Source: Neoechinorhynchus agilis (Eukaryota > Animalia > Acanthocephala). From it: a DNA stretch of 64,000 bases. This document shows, in pieces, positions 23,545-36,750 of the stretch. The stretch is taken from the NCBI GenBank assembly GCA_051530055.1, contig CM121342.1, positions 4,525,489-4,589,488 of the forward strand. Direction: 5' to 3'. A program made the translations under genes and the position numbers. The notes below the pieces were generated by a model, which worked only from the letters and a program-made list of their open reading frames with translations, searched no databases and was not told the origin of the DNA. How positions within the stretch are numbered: the first letter of the stretch is position 1; the number at the start of each line of letters is the position of its first letter.

Positions 23545-26500
23545 TGAAAATTTTCCGCCTTTTCGTTGGCCTTCTTCGGTCAGATCTACAATTTAAAAGA
23601 AACATTATCAATTAGTTTATCCGGTGGGATTCGTAGACTGAGTTTATAGTCAGCTTTGTTGCCAACAAAAGTATCCGTTTGCTGGATCATGATAGCTTCC
23701 ATAGTCACTCTGTCGCGTCTTACGTCACTCCTCGCAAGAACTTCGACGCCGTCAAATTTGATCTCATGCCCATTATCATTGATGTGGGACACTATTGCCG
23801 AGCTCATATCAGAATTTATGATAGCTGCACTTCTGTGTTCAGCAATCCTTCTTTTTAGATTGTTTGTTTGTCCCACATATGACAGACTGCAATTCGAACA
23901 TGGGATCTTATAGACACATCCAGCTGGAAGATCTTCATTCTTCGGTCTGAGTATTTGAAAATTTTCGGCTCGTTGGCCTTCTTCGGTCAGATCTACAATT
24001 TAAAAGAAACATTATCAATTAGTTTATCCGGTGAGATTCGTAGATTGAGTTTATAGTCAGCTTTGTTGCCAACAAAAGTACCTGTTTGCTGGATCATGAT
24101 GGCTTCCATAGTCACTCCGTCGCGTCTTACGTCACGCCTCGCAAGAACTTCGACGCCGTCAAATTTGATCTCATGCCCATTGTCATTGATGTGGGACACT
24201 ATTGCCGAGCTCATATCAGAATTTATGATAGCTGCACTTCTGTGTTCAGCAATCCTTCTTTTTAGATTGTTCGTTTGTCCCACATATGACAGACTGTAAT
24301 TCGAACATGGGATCTGATAGACACATCCAGCTGGAAGATCTTCATTCTTCGGTCGGAGTATTTGAAAATTTTCGGCCTTTTCGTTGGCCTTCTTCGGTCA
24401 GATCTACAATTTAAAAGAAAAATTATCAATTAGTTTATCCGGTGGGATTCGTAGACTGAGTTTATAGTCAGCTTTGTTGCCAACAAAAGTATCCGTTTGC
24501 TGGATCATGATGGTTTCCATAGTCACTCTGCCTGCATTTTACGTCACGCCTCGCAAGAACTTCGACGCTGTCAAAATTGATTCATGCTCCATTGCCGATG
24601 TGGGACACTATTGCCGAGCTCATATCAGACTTTTTGGTAGCTGCACTTCTGTGTTCAGCAATCCTTTTTAAATTGTTCGTTTGTCCCACATATGACAGAC
24701 TGCAATTCGAACATGAGATCTTATAGACACATCCAGCTGGAAGATCTTCATTCTTCGGTCGGAGTATTTGAAAATTTTCGGCCTTTTCGTTGGCCTTCTT
24801 CAGTCAGATCTACAATTTAAAAGAAACATTATCAATTAGTTTATCCGGTGGGATTCGTAGACTGAGTTTATAGTCAGCTTTGTTGCCAACAAAAGTATCC
24901 GTTTGCTGGATCATGATAGCTTCCATAGTCACTCTGTCGCGTCTTACGTCACTCCTCGCAAGAACTTCGACGCCGTCAAATTTGATCTCATGCCCATTGT
25001 CATTGATGTGGGACACTAATAAACCTTCTTTTTAAATTGTTCGTTTGTCCCACATATGACAGACTGCAATTCGAACATGAGATCTTATAGACACATCCAG
25101 CTGGAAGATCTTCATTCTTCGGTCGGAGTATTTGAAAATTTTCGGCCTTTTCGTTGGCCTTCTTCAGTCAGATCTACAATTTAAAAGAAACATTATCAAT
25201 TAGTTTATCCGGTGGGATTCGTAGACCGGAGTTTATAGTCAGCTTTGTTGCCAACAAAAGTATCCGTTTGCTGGATCATGATGGCTTCCATGGTCACTCT
25301 GTCGCGTCTTACGTCACTCCTCGCAAGAACTTCGACGCCGTCAAGATTGATCTCATTCCCATTGTCATTGACGTGGGACACTATTGCCGAGCTCACATCA
25401 GACTTTTTGATAGCTGCTCTTCTGTGTGCAGCAATCCATCTTTTTAGATTGTTCGTTTGTCCCACATATAACAGGCTGCAATTCGAACATGGGATCTTAT
25501 AGACACATCCAGCTGGAAGATCTTCATTCTTCGGTCGGAGTATTTGAAAATTTTCGGCCTTTTCGTTGGCCTTCTTCAGTCAGATCTACAATTTAAAAGA
25601 AACATTATCAATTAGTTTATCCGGTGGGATTCGTAGATTGAGTTTATAGTCAGCTTTGTTGCTAACAAAAGTATCCGTTTGCTGGATCATGATGGCTTCC
25701 ATGGTCACTTTGTCGCGTCTTACGTCACGCCTCGCAAGATCTTCGACGCCGTCAAAATTGATCTCATGCCCATTGTCATTGATGTGGGACACTATTGCCG
25801 AGCTCATATCAGAATTTTTGATAGCTGCACTTCTGTTTTCAGCAATCCTTCTTTTTAGATTGTTTGTTTGTCCCACATATGACAGACTGCAATTCGAACA
25901 TGGGATCTTATAGACACATCCAGCTGGAAGATCTTCATTCTTCGGTCGGACTATTTGAAAATTTTCGGCCTTTTCGTTGGCCTTCTTCAGTTAGATCTAC
26001 AATTTAAAAAAACATTATCAATTAGTTTATCCGGTGGGATTCGTAGATTGAGTTTATAGTCAGCTTTGTTGCCAACCAAAGTACCTGTTTGCTGGATCAT
26101 GATGGCTTCCATGGTCACTCTGTCGCGTCTTACGTCACTAATCGCAAGAACTTCGACGCCGTCAAAATTGATCTCATGCCCATTGTCATTGATGTGGGAC
26201 ACTATTGCCGAGCTCATATCAGAATTTTTGATAGCTGCACTTCTGTTTTCAGCAATCCTTCTTTTTAGATTGTTTGTTTGTCCCACATATGACAGACGGC
26301 AATTCGAACATGGGATCTTACAGACACATCCAGCTGGAAGATCTTCATTCTTCAGTCGAAGTATTTGAAAATTTTCGGCCTTTTCGTTGGCCTTCTTCGG
26401 TCAGATCTACAATTTAAAAGAAAAATTATCAATTAGTTTATCCGGTGGGATTCGTAGATTAATTTATAGTCAGCTTTGTTGCCAACAAAAGTATCCGTTT

Positions 26501-29500
26501 GCTGGATCATGATAGCTTCCATAGTCACTCTGTCGCGTCTTACGTCACTCCTCGCAAGAACTTCGACGCCGTCAAAATTGATCTCATGCCCATTGTCATA
26601 AATGTGGGACAGTATTGCCGAGCTCACATCAGAATTTTTGATAGCTGCTTTTCTGTGTGCAGCAATCCTTCTTTTTAGATTGTTTGTTTGTCCCACATAT
26701 GACAGACTGCAAGACACATCCAGCTGGAAGATCTTCATTCATCGGTCGGAGTATTTGAAAATTTTCGGCCTTTTCGTTGGCTTTCTTCAGTCAGATCTAC
26801 AATTTAAAAGAAACATTATCAATTAGTTTATCCGGTGGGATTCGTAGATTGAGTTTATAGTCAGCTTTGTTGCCAACAAAAGTACCTGTTTGCTGGATCA
26901 TGATGGCTTCCATAGTCACTCTGTCGCGTCTTACGTCACGCCTCGCAAGAACTTCGACGCCGTCAAAATTGTTCTCATGCCCATTGTCATTGATGTGGGA
27001 CAGTATTGCCGAGCTCACATCAGATTTTTTTGATAGCTGCTCTTCTGTGTTCAGCAATCCTTCTTTTTAGATTGTTCGTTTGTCCCACATATGACAGACT
27101 GCAATTCGAACATGGGATCTTATAGACATCCAGTCAACATTCGGTCGGAGTATTTGAAAATTTTCGGCCTTTTCGTTGGCCTTCATCAGTCATACAATTT
27201 AAAAGAAACACTATCAATTAGTTTATCCGGTGGGATTCGTAGATTGAGTTTATAGTCAGCTTTGTTGCCAACAAAAGTATCCGTTTGCTGGATCATGATG
27301 GCTTCCATGGTCACTTTGTCGCGTCTTACGTCACGCCTCGCAAGAACTTCGACGTCGTCAAAATTGATCTCATGCCCATTGTCATTGATGTGGGACACTA
27401 TTGCCGAGCTCATATCAGAATTTATGATAGCTGCACTTCTGTGTTCAGCAATCCTTCTTTTTAGATTGTTTGTTTGTCCCACATATGACAGACTGCAATT
27501 CGAACATGGGATCTTATAGACACATCCAGCTGGAAGATCTTCATTCTTCGGTCGGAGTATTTGAAAATTTTCGTCCTTTTCGTTGGCCTTCTTCGGTCAG
27601 ATCTACAATTTAAAAGAAACATTATCAATTAGTTTATCCGGTGGGATTCGTAGATTAATTTATAGTCAGCTTTGTTGCCAACAAAAGTATCCGTTTGCTG
27701 GATCATGATGGCTTCCATAGTCACTCTGTCGCGTTTTACGTCACGCCTCGCAAGAACTTCGACGCCGTCAAAATTGATCTCATGCCCATTGTCATTGATG
27801 TGGGACACTATTGCCGAGCTCATGTCAGACTTTTTGGTAGCTGCACTTCTGTGTTCAGCAATCCTTATTTTTAGATTGTTTGTTTGTCCCACATATGACA
27901 GACTGCAATTCGAACATGGGATCTTATAGACACATCCAGCTGGAAGATCTTCTCATTCTTCGGTTTGAGCAGCAATTTTCGGCCTTTTCTTTGGCCTTCT
28001 TCGGTCAGATCTACAATTTAAAAGAAAATTATCAATTAGTTTATCCGGTGGGATTCGTAGATATAGTTTATAGTCAGCTTTGTTGCCAACAAAAGTACCT
28101 GTTTGCTGGATCATGATGGCTTCCATAGTCACTCTGTCGCGTCTTACGTCACGCCTCGCAAGAACTTCGACGCCGTCAAAATTGATCTCATGCCCATTGT
28201 CATTGATGTGGGACACTATTGCCGAGCTCACATCAGAATTTTTGATAGCTGCTCTTCTGTGTGCAGCAGTCCTTCTTTTTAGATTATTTGTTTGTCCCAC
28301 ATATGACAGACTGCAATTCGAACATGGGATCTTATAGACACATCGAGCTGGAAGATCTTCATACTTCGGTCGGAGTATTTTAAAATTTTCGGCATTTTCG
28401 TTGGCCTTCTTGAGTCAGATCTACAATTTAAAAGAAACATTATCAATTAGTTTATCCGGTGGGATTCCTATATTGAGTTTATAGTCAGCTTTGTTGCCAA
28501 CAATAGTACCTGCTTGCTGGATCATGATGGCTTCCATAGTAACTCTGTCGCGTCTTACGTCACTCCTCGCAAGAACTTCGACGCCGTCAAAATTGATCTC
28601 ATGCCCATTGTCATTGACGTGGGACACTATTGTTGGAGCTCATATCAGAATTTTTGGTAGCTGCACTTCTGTGTTCAGCAATCCTCTTTTTTTGTTTGTT
28701 TGTTCCACATATGACAGACTGCACCGAACATGGGACTTATAGACACATCCAGCTGGAAGATCTTCATTCTTCGGTCGGAGTATTTGAAAATTTTCGGCCT
28801 TTTCGTTGGCCTTCTTCGGTCAGATCTACAATTTAAAAGAAAAATTATCAATTGGTTTATCCGGTGGGATTCGTAGATTGAGTTTATAGTCAGCTTTGTT
28901 GCCAACAATAGTATCCGTTTGCTGGATCATGATAGCTTCCATAGTCACTCTGTCGCGTCTTACGTCACGCCTCGCAAGAACTTCGACGCCGTCAAAATTG
29001 ATCTCATGCCCATTGTCATTGATGTGGGACACTATTGCCGAGCTCATATGAGACTTTTTGGTAGCTGCACTTCTGTGTTCAGCAATCCTTCTTTTTAGAT
29101 TGTTTGTTTGTCCCACATATGACAGACTGCAATTCGAACATGGGATCTTATAGACACATCCAGCTGGAAGATCTTCATTCTTCGGTCGGAGTATTTGAAA
29201 ATTTTCGGCCTTTTCGTTGGCCTTCTTCGGTCAGATCTACAATTTAAAAGAAAAATTATCAATTGGTTTATCCGGTGGGATTCGTAGATTGAGTTTATAG
29301 TCAGCTTTGTTGCCAACAATAGTATCCGTTTGCTGGATCATGATGGCTTCCATAGTCACCACGTGCTTTACGCCTCCTCGCAAGAACTTCGTCGCCGTCA
29401 AAATTGATCTCATGCCCATTGTCATTGATGTGGGACACTATTGCCGAGCTCATATCAGAATTTTTGATAGCTGCACTTCTGTTTTCAGCAATCCTTCTTT

Positions 29501-29523
29501 TTAGATTGTTTGCTTGTCCCACA
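23545..29523 (-). mobile_element. Tandem array of 15 Penelope-like units (about 411 bp), each a GIY-YIG endonuclease domain plus a minimal hammerhead motif
   Basis: Each full unit reads RPKNEDLPAGCVYKIPCSNCSLSYVGQTNNLKRRIAEH..AIVSH..MEAIMI..GNK, followed by C(T/C)GAAGA-A-GGCC-aacgaaaa-GGCC-GAAAATTT. Unit markers at 23581, 23988, 24399, 24805, 25169, 25581, 25992, 26402, 26792, 27191, 27598, 28006, 28416, 28821 and 29232. Confidence 0.9.
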
Positions 29524-29864
29524 TTTTCCTGATAAAAGAGATCAATTGCGCCACTGCCAAAATCATTGAGATTGTTCCTTAATGACGTTTCTTAGAAACC
29601 CCTCTGTTTTTAATGCTAAACCATTTTGGTCTTCAGGTCTTTATGAATGGATTTTTTTTGAATTTATAGATGAAAGTTCGACGATCTATCGTTTAGTTTC
29701 CAAAATGTGCTACGAAGCACAATAAAATGTAAAATTGATTTTCTAACAAAAATTACAAGTCTTATCGCTAAAGAGATAAATTCCAAAAGTATGTCGTGGT
29801 GGGGAAAATAGCCAGACTTCAAAAATAGAATGAATCTAATAGGTTTTACAATAATAAATCACAA

Positions 29865-30060
29865 ATCGTGAAATCATTACCGTCCGCAAAATTAGCGCTT
29901 CTCTCCTTTCTCGGCTGTCGCTGGCAGCATTGCCACGTTGTACTGCGAGCGAGATATTTTGTCGTAGGAATACACCTGCTCGTGCGTCGTCGGTCGTTTC
30001 TCTCAATTTCTTCAAGAGATCCTGGAACAGAGTGGCGAGCTGCCAAGCGCTATTTCGTCC
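29865..30060 (-). mobile_element. CRE-like LINE 3' fragment
   Basis: AGVFLRQNISLAVQRGNAAS. The 3' tail matches the 40765 and 58615 copies. Confidence 0.75.
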
Positions 30061-30183
30061 AATCGCATTGGACTTCTTCAGTCAGCTATTGTAAAAGTGT
30101 TTTATTCTCACTAATTCATTCTTTAATATAATTTTTTCTCCACCCCCACATAGTTTTATTACTCCAAAATGCTTTGTTACACT

Positions 30184-30489
30184 TTAGATTTCACTGTCCT
30201 TTTCGATAACGCCCATTTTCTTTAGTTCGTTTCTCGCTTCCTTCAAATCCTCATTAAGTTCAATTGCGGCATTTGGAACGTCGTTGAACGTAGCCACTTG
30301 ATAGGCTACGGTTAAGACCATTTTAATCCCCATAAAGCAAATAACGACAAATGGCAACCATCGAAGCCACAATCCCACGTTCAATGATCCCAGCCGCTGA
30401 TCGTCGGTAGCTACGTGGTAACAAATAAAGAGATAAGCCGGCAAAACGATCAATATCTTCTGAACAAGGCGACGTAGAGCAGAAGTCAT
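30184..30489 (-). CDS. DPM3: Dolichol-phosphate mannosyltransferase subunit 3
   Basis: Two hydrophobic segments, then YQVATFNDVPNAAIELNEDLKEARNEL. Confidence 0.88.
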   Translation of the reverse strand: MTSALRRLVQKILIVLPAYLFICYHVATDDQRLGSLNVGLWLRWLPFVVICFMGIKMVLTVAYQVATFNDVPNAAIELNEDLKEARNELKKMGVIEKDSEI

Positions 30490-31857
30490 CTTTTTTTCGT
30501 TGAAGTTGTTTTAACTATGGACAAACTTGAACACTTTCTTTCGTTTTAATTCAACGATTTTGCCCCGATTCCGTGAATCAAAACTCATTTTTCGCCGGAG
30601 CACTCGAGTTCAGATTTGTTCAATGTTGTTGATGATTTTGGAGTGGATTGCAGGTGGGAATATTCGATCAGCGATGTTGGGGTGACAATTGGCGGTAACT
30701 TCGATCGGATAAAAAAACACGAAGTCTTCGTTTTAAAATCGAACTGAGAATAACTTAAGAACTATTACAATTATCGAAAATCTGAAAACATTATTGGATT
30801 TTTTGCAAACATCATCACGATTTCATATTTTCATGATACGACTTTAAAAAGAAAGAATCGACCGTTTGGAAAAAGCTGAGATTCGTTTAAAATTCTGCAT
30901 TACGTCATTATCTTTGATATTGTCCAAAAAGTTTTGTTTTTGAAATGAAAACACTTGGGCGGGCAGTGTGATTTTGTAAAAACAAACAATTCCTGTGAAA
31001 ACTGTAAGACGTCGAAAGCTCGAAAAAATTAACGCCTTTTATTTGTTCAAAGAAATCGGAAAAATTTGCCCGTTTGGATCCCCATGAACACTCGAGTTCA
31101 GATTTGTTCAATGTTGTTGATGATTTTGGAGTGGATTATTGGGTTCCGTCGGATGATGATTAGCGATATTGTTTGTAGGAGAGTTTTCTGGGTTGGATCT
31201 TTCCTCAGATTCATTTTGGACAATGATATCCGACGGAAAAAGGAGGATTTATTGCGATTGCGAGTATTGTGGTACTGCCGAGAAGCGTTTTGATTGTCTG
31301 ATGATAAAAAATTTATAAGGGGAAAATAAACTTCGCAAATTTTAAAGGCTCGAATTTTTATTGGTAACGAAAATCCGTATGCTTATCTGAAACTTTGAAT
31401 AGCAGTAACAAAACGGAACTGCAGGCAGGAGGAAGACGAGTCGAATTTATTTTCTATACATTATCCGATTTACTGCTAAATCAGTTTTCGACACGGAATT
31501 TTTTTAATTTATCTAAATCAATGGTATCATCCTGACTTTAAAACGGCAGTTTTATTTTGAAGATTTCGCTCATAGTTTTACAGAGCGCTAATCCTACAAG
31601 AAGAATTGTCATTACAAAAGACTTCAAAATTACAAAACCTTTTTTTTCGAGATCTGTACTTGTTTAATTTTAAAAAAATTGCAGTGTGTCTTCTTCGTGG
31701 ACGGCGGTGATTGTTTAAACGTTTTTTTTGTTATGGAAAAAACATATCTTTTATCAAAAAAATTTGAAGATTGATTTTAAAGTGGCTGTGACGTCACAAA
31801 CGCGAAAGAATCTCAGTTGTCGCATGTTGAACGCTCATTATATACAAGAAATTGACC

Positions 31858-32346
31858 ATGGCGGATAGATTTCAAAGCGATAAAAAACGGGGACCGGCTT
31901 ACCATAGACCGCATAACACTGAGAAGGACATTAACGCGGCTCTTCGTAAAGGTGAGCCAATTGAAGTGACCGTCAAACAAAATGCAACTAAGAACATCCA
32001 TGGTCCGAAAAATATCGGAATTCACATCGCCAGAGTGGATCGAGAGACGGAAGCTCAGCCAATTCGATTAGTCGATCTGGACGTGGGGAGGACTATTCAG
32101 CGCATTCGAACGGAGAAAGGATGGAAGCAGGTTGACTTAGCCAAGAAGGTTAATGAAACTGCGAGTGTTATCAATGAAATGGAGCAGGGAAAGGCGATCT
32201 ACAATGCTCATGTCCTTGGGAAGCTTGAACAAGCTCTTGGCGTAAAGTTAAGAGGAAAAGGAATCGGTGAGCCACTTCATAAGCCTAAAACGGAAAGTAA
32301 AGCTGGCGGGGCAAAGAAAAGCGGCGCTCGGTTAAGCAAGAAATGA
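31858..32346 (+). CDS. EDF1: Multiprotein bridging factor 1
   Basis: INAALRKGEPIE, GRTIQRIRTEKGWKQVDLAKKVNE (HTH), LGKLEQALGVKLRGKGIGEPL. Confidence 0.92.
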   Translation: MADRFQSDKKRGPAYHRPHNTEKDINAALRKGEPIEVTVKQNATKNIHGPKNIGIHIARVDRETEAQPIRLVDLDVGRTIQRIRTEKGWKQVDLAKKVNETASVINEMEQGKAIYNAHVLGKLEQALGVKLRGKGIGEPLHKPKTESKAGGAKKSGARLSKK

Positions 32347-32489
32347 ACAGTTTTTATCATCGAGAGATTGTTCGCGTACGTTTTCTTCTTTATCGACAAC
32401 GACGCACTCTTGGTATTCTGGTTATAATTTGTCTTCTTTCTTTTATTAAAGATTTCGGAATTTGAAAAAGTTTTGTTTCGAAAATGGAC

Positions 32490-35400
32490 ACTCCGTTTTA
32501 CGTTTTGTTCAGGAATCTACAAAGGAGCGTAGAGACGCCTAAAGTTCGTCGACGTCCGAGAAAATGAGCTTTTGAACTAATGAAATCGTCGTGTCTTTAG
32601 AAAAAAGTTTCGTTTTTTAAAATGAAAACTAGAAAATCTTCATTTGCCCGAGAGCTTTGGCCGTTTTACATTTTGTTCAGGAGATGCGTAAAGTTCGTCG
32701 ACGTCCGAGAAAATGAGCTTTTGAACTAATGAAATCGCCGTGTCTTTAGAAAAAAGTTTTGTTTTCGAAAATGAAAACTAGAAAATCTTTATTTGCCCGA
32801 GAGTTTTCGCCGTTTTACGTTTTGTTCAGGAATCTACAAAGGAGCGAAGAGACGCCTAAAGTTCGTCGACTTCCGAGAAAATGAGCTTTTGAACTAATGA
32901 AATCGTCGTGTCTTTAGAAAAAAGTTTTGTTTTTGAAAATGAAAACTAGAAAATCTTCATTTGCCCGAGAGTTTTCGCCGGTTTACGTTTTGTTCAGGAA
33001 TCTACAAAGGAGCGAAGAGACGCCTAAAGTTCGTCGACTTCCGAGAAAATGAGCTTTTGAACTAATGAAATCGTCGTGTCTTTAGAAAAAAGTTTTGTTT
33101 TTGAAAATGAAAACTAGAAAATCTTCATTTGCCCGAGAGTTTTCGCCGTTTTACGTTTTGTTCAGGAATCTACAAAGGAGCGAAGAGATGCGTAAAGTTC
33201 GTCGACGTCCGAGAAAATGAGCTTTTGAACTAATGAAATCGTCCTGTCTTTAGAAAAAGTTTTGTTTTTGAAAATGAAAACTAGAAAATCTTTATTTGCC
33301 CGAGAGTTTTCGCCGTTTTACGTTTTGTTCAGGAATCTACAAAGGAGCGAAGAGACGCCTAAAGTTCGTCGACGTCCGAGAAAATGAGCTTTTGAACTAA
33401 TGAAATCGTCGTGTCTTTAGAAAAAAGTTTTGTTTTTCAAAATAAAAACTAGAAAATCTTTATTTGCCCGAGAGTTTTCGCCGTTTTACGTTTTGTTCAG
33501 GAATCTACAAAGGAGCGTAGAGACGCCTAAAGTTCGTCGACGTCCGAGAAAATGAGCTTTTGAACTAATGAAATCGTCGTGTCTTTAGAAAAAAGTTTTG
33601 TTTTCGAAAATAAAAACTAGAAAATCTTCATTTGCCCGAGAGTTTTCGCCGTTTTACGTTTTGTTCAGGAATCTACAAAGGAGCGAAGAGACGCGTAAAG
33701 TTCGTCGACGTCCGAGAAAATGAGCTTTTGAACTAATGAAATCGTCGTGTCTTTAGAAAAAAGTTTTGTTTTTTAAAATGAAAACTAAAAAATCTTCATT
33801 TGCCCGAGAGTTTTCGCCGTTTTACGTTTTGTTCAGGAATCTACAAAGGAGCGAAGAGATGCGTAAAGTTCGTCGACGTCCGAGAAAATGAGCTTTTGAA
33901 CTAATGAAATCGTCGTGTCTTTAGAAAAAAGTTTTGTTTTTCAAAATAAAAACTAGAAAATCTTTATTTGCCCGAGAGTTTTCGCTGTTTTACGTTTTGT
34001 TCAGGAATCTACAAAGGAGCGAAGAGACGCGTAAAGTTCGTCGACGTCCGAGAAAATGAGCTTTTGAACTAATGAAATCGTCGTGTCTTTAGAAAAAAGT
34101 TTTGTTTTTCAAAATAAAAACTAGAAAATCTTTATTTGCCCGAGAGTTTTCGCCGTTTTACGTTTTGTTCAGGAATCTACAAAGGAGCGAAGAGATGCGT
34201 AAAGTTCGTCGACGTCCGAGAAAATGAGCTTTTGAACTAATGAAATCGTCGTGTCTTTAGAAAAAAGTTTTGTTTTTCAAAATAAAAACTAGAAAATCTT
34301 CATTTGCCCGAGAGCTTTGGCCGTTTTACATTTTGTTCAGGAGATGCGTAAAGTTCGTCGACGTCCGAGAAAATGAGCTTTTGAACTAATGAAATCGTCG
34401 TGTCTTTAGAAAAAAGTTTTGTTTTTCAAAATAAAAACTAGGAAATCTTCATTTGCCCGAGAGTTTTCGCCGTTTTACGTATTGTTCAGGAATCTACAAA
34501 GAAGCGCCGACGTCCGAGAAAATGAGCTTTTGAACTAATGAAATCGTCGTGTCTTTAGAAAAAAGTTTTGTTTTTCAAAATAAAAACTAGAAAATCTTCA
34601 TTTGCCCGAGAGTTTTCGCCGTTTTACGTTTTATTCAGGAATCTACAAAGGAGCGTAGAGACGCTTAAAGTTCGTCGACGTCCGAGAAAATGAGCTTTTG
34701 AACTAATGAAATCGTCGTGTCTTTAGAAAAAAGATTTGTTTTCGAAAATAAAAACTAAAAAATCTTTATTAACCCGAGAGTTTTCGCCGTTTTACGTTTT
34801 GTTCAGGAATCTACAAAGGAGCGTAGAGATGCGTAAAGTTCGTCGACGTCCGAGAAAATGAGCTTTTGAAATAATGAAATCGTCGTGTCTTTAGGAAAAA
34901 GTTTTGTTTTTCAAAATAAAAACTAGAAAATCTTTATTAACCCGAGAGTTTTCGCCGTTTTACGTTTTGTTCAGGAATCTACAAAGGAGCGTAGAGATGC
35001 GTAAAGTTCGTCGACGTCCGAGAAAATGAGCTTTTGAAATAATGAAATCGTCGTGTCTTTAGGAAAAAGTTTTGTTTTCGAAAATAAAAACTAGAAAATC
35101 TTTATTAACCCGAGAGTTTTCGCCGTTTTACGTTTTGTTCAGGAATCTACAAAGGAGCGTAAAGTTCGTCGACGTCCGAGAAAATGAGCTTTTGAACTAA
35201 TGAAATCGTCGTGTCTTTAGAAAAAAGTTTTGTTTTTCAAAATAAAAACTAGAAAATCTTCATTTGCCCGAGAGTTTTCGCTGTTTTACGTTTTGTTCAG
35301 GAATCTTCAAAGGAGCGTAGAGACGCCTAAAAATCGTCGACGTCCGAGAAAATGAGCTTTTGAACTAATGAAATCGTCGTGTCTTTAGAAAAAAGTTTTG

Positions 35401-36750
35401 TTTTCGAAAATAAAAACTAAAAAATCTTTATTAACCCGAGAGTTTTCGCCGTTTTACGTTTTGTTCAGGAATCTACAAAGGAGCGTAGAGATGCGTAAAG
35501 TTCGTCGACGTCCGAGAAAATGAGCTTTTGAAATAATGAAATCGTCGTGTCTTTAGGAAAAAGTTTTGTTTTCGAAAATAAAAACTGGAAAATCTTTATT
35601 AACCCGAGAGTTTTCGCCGTTTTACGTTTTGTTAAGGAATCTACAAAGGAGCGAAGAGATGCGTAAAGTTCGTCGACGTCCGAGAAAATGAGCTTTTGAA
35701 CTAATGAAATCGTCGTGTCTTTAGAAAAAAGTTTTGTTTTCGAAAATAAAAACTAAAAAATCTTTATTAACCCGAGAGTTTTCGCTGTTTTACGTTTTGT
35801 TCAGGAATCTACAAAGGAGCGTAAAGTTCGTCGACGTCCGAGAAAATGAGCTTTTGAACTAATGAAATCGTCGTGTCTTTAGAAAAAAGTTTTGTTTTTC
35901 AAAATAAAAACTAGAAAATCTTCATTTGCCCGAGAGTTTTCGCCGTTTTACGTTTTGTTCAGGAATCTACAAAGGAGCGAAGAGATGCGTAAAGTTCGTC
36001 GACGTCCGAGAAAATGAGCTTTTGAACTAATGAAATCGTCGTGTCTTTAGAAAAAAGTTTTGTTTTGAAAATAAAAACTAGGAAATCTTCATTTGCCCGA
36101 GAGCTTTGGCCGTTTTACATTTTGTTCAGGAGATGCGTAGAGTTCGTCGACGTCCGAGAAAATGTGCTTTTGAACTAATGAAATCGACGTGTCTTTAGAA
36201 AAAAGTTTTGTTTTCGAAAATAAAAAATAGAAAATCTTTATTAACCCGAGAGTTTTCGCCGTTTTACGTTTTGTTCAGGAATCTACAAAGGAGCGTAGAG
36301 ACGCCTAAAGTTCGTCGACGTCCGAGAAAATGAGCTTTTGAACTAATGAAATCGTCGTGTCTTTAGAAAAAAGTTTTGTTTTTCAAAATAAAAACTAGGA
36401 AATCTACGTTTGCCCGAGAGTTTTCGCCGTTTTACGTTTTGTTCAGGAATCTACAAAGGAGCGTAGAGACGTCTAAAGTTCGTCGACGTCCGAGAAAATG
36501 AGCTTTTGAACTAATGAAATCGTCGTGTCTTTAGAAAAAAGTTTTGTTTTTGAAAATAAAAACTAGGAAATCTTCATTTGCCCGAGAGCTTTGGCCGTTT
36601 TACATTTTGTTCAGGAGATGCGTAAAGTTCGTCGACGTCCGAGAAAATGAGCTTTTGAACTAATGAAATCGTCGTGTCTTTAGAAAAGAGTTTTGTTTTT
36701 GAAAATAAAAACTAGGAAATCTTCATTTGCCCGAGAGCTTTGGCCGTTTG
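32490..36750. repeat. Satellite array, 168-bp unit with recurrent shorter variants, about 26 copies
   Basis: gttcaggaatctacaaaggagcg..gttcgtcgacgtccgagaaaatgagc with period 168 (32824, 32992, 33160). Confidence 0.97.

Noticed and set aside
23656-29504. Plus-strand ORFs MLPTKVSVCWIMMAS.. in every unit
   Set aside because: Antisense shadows of the GIY-YIG frame.
23545-29523. CRISPR-like or prokaryotic homing-endonuclease array
   Set aside because: Whole units are homologous with no unique spacers. The CxxC and His pattern is Penelope-type, and the context is eukaryotic.
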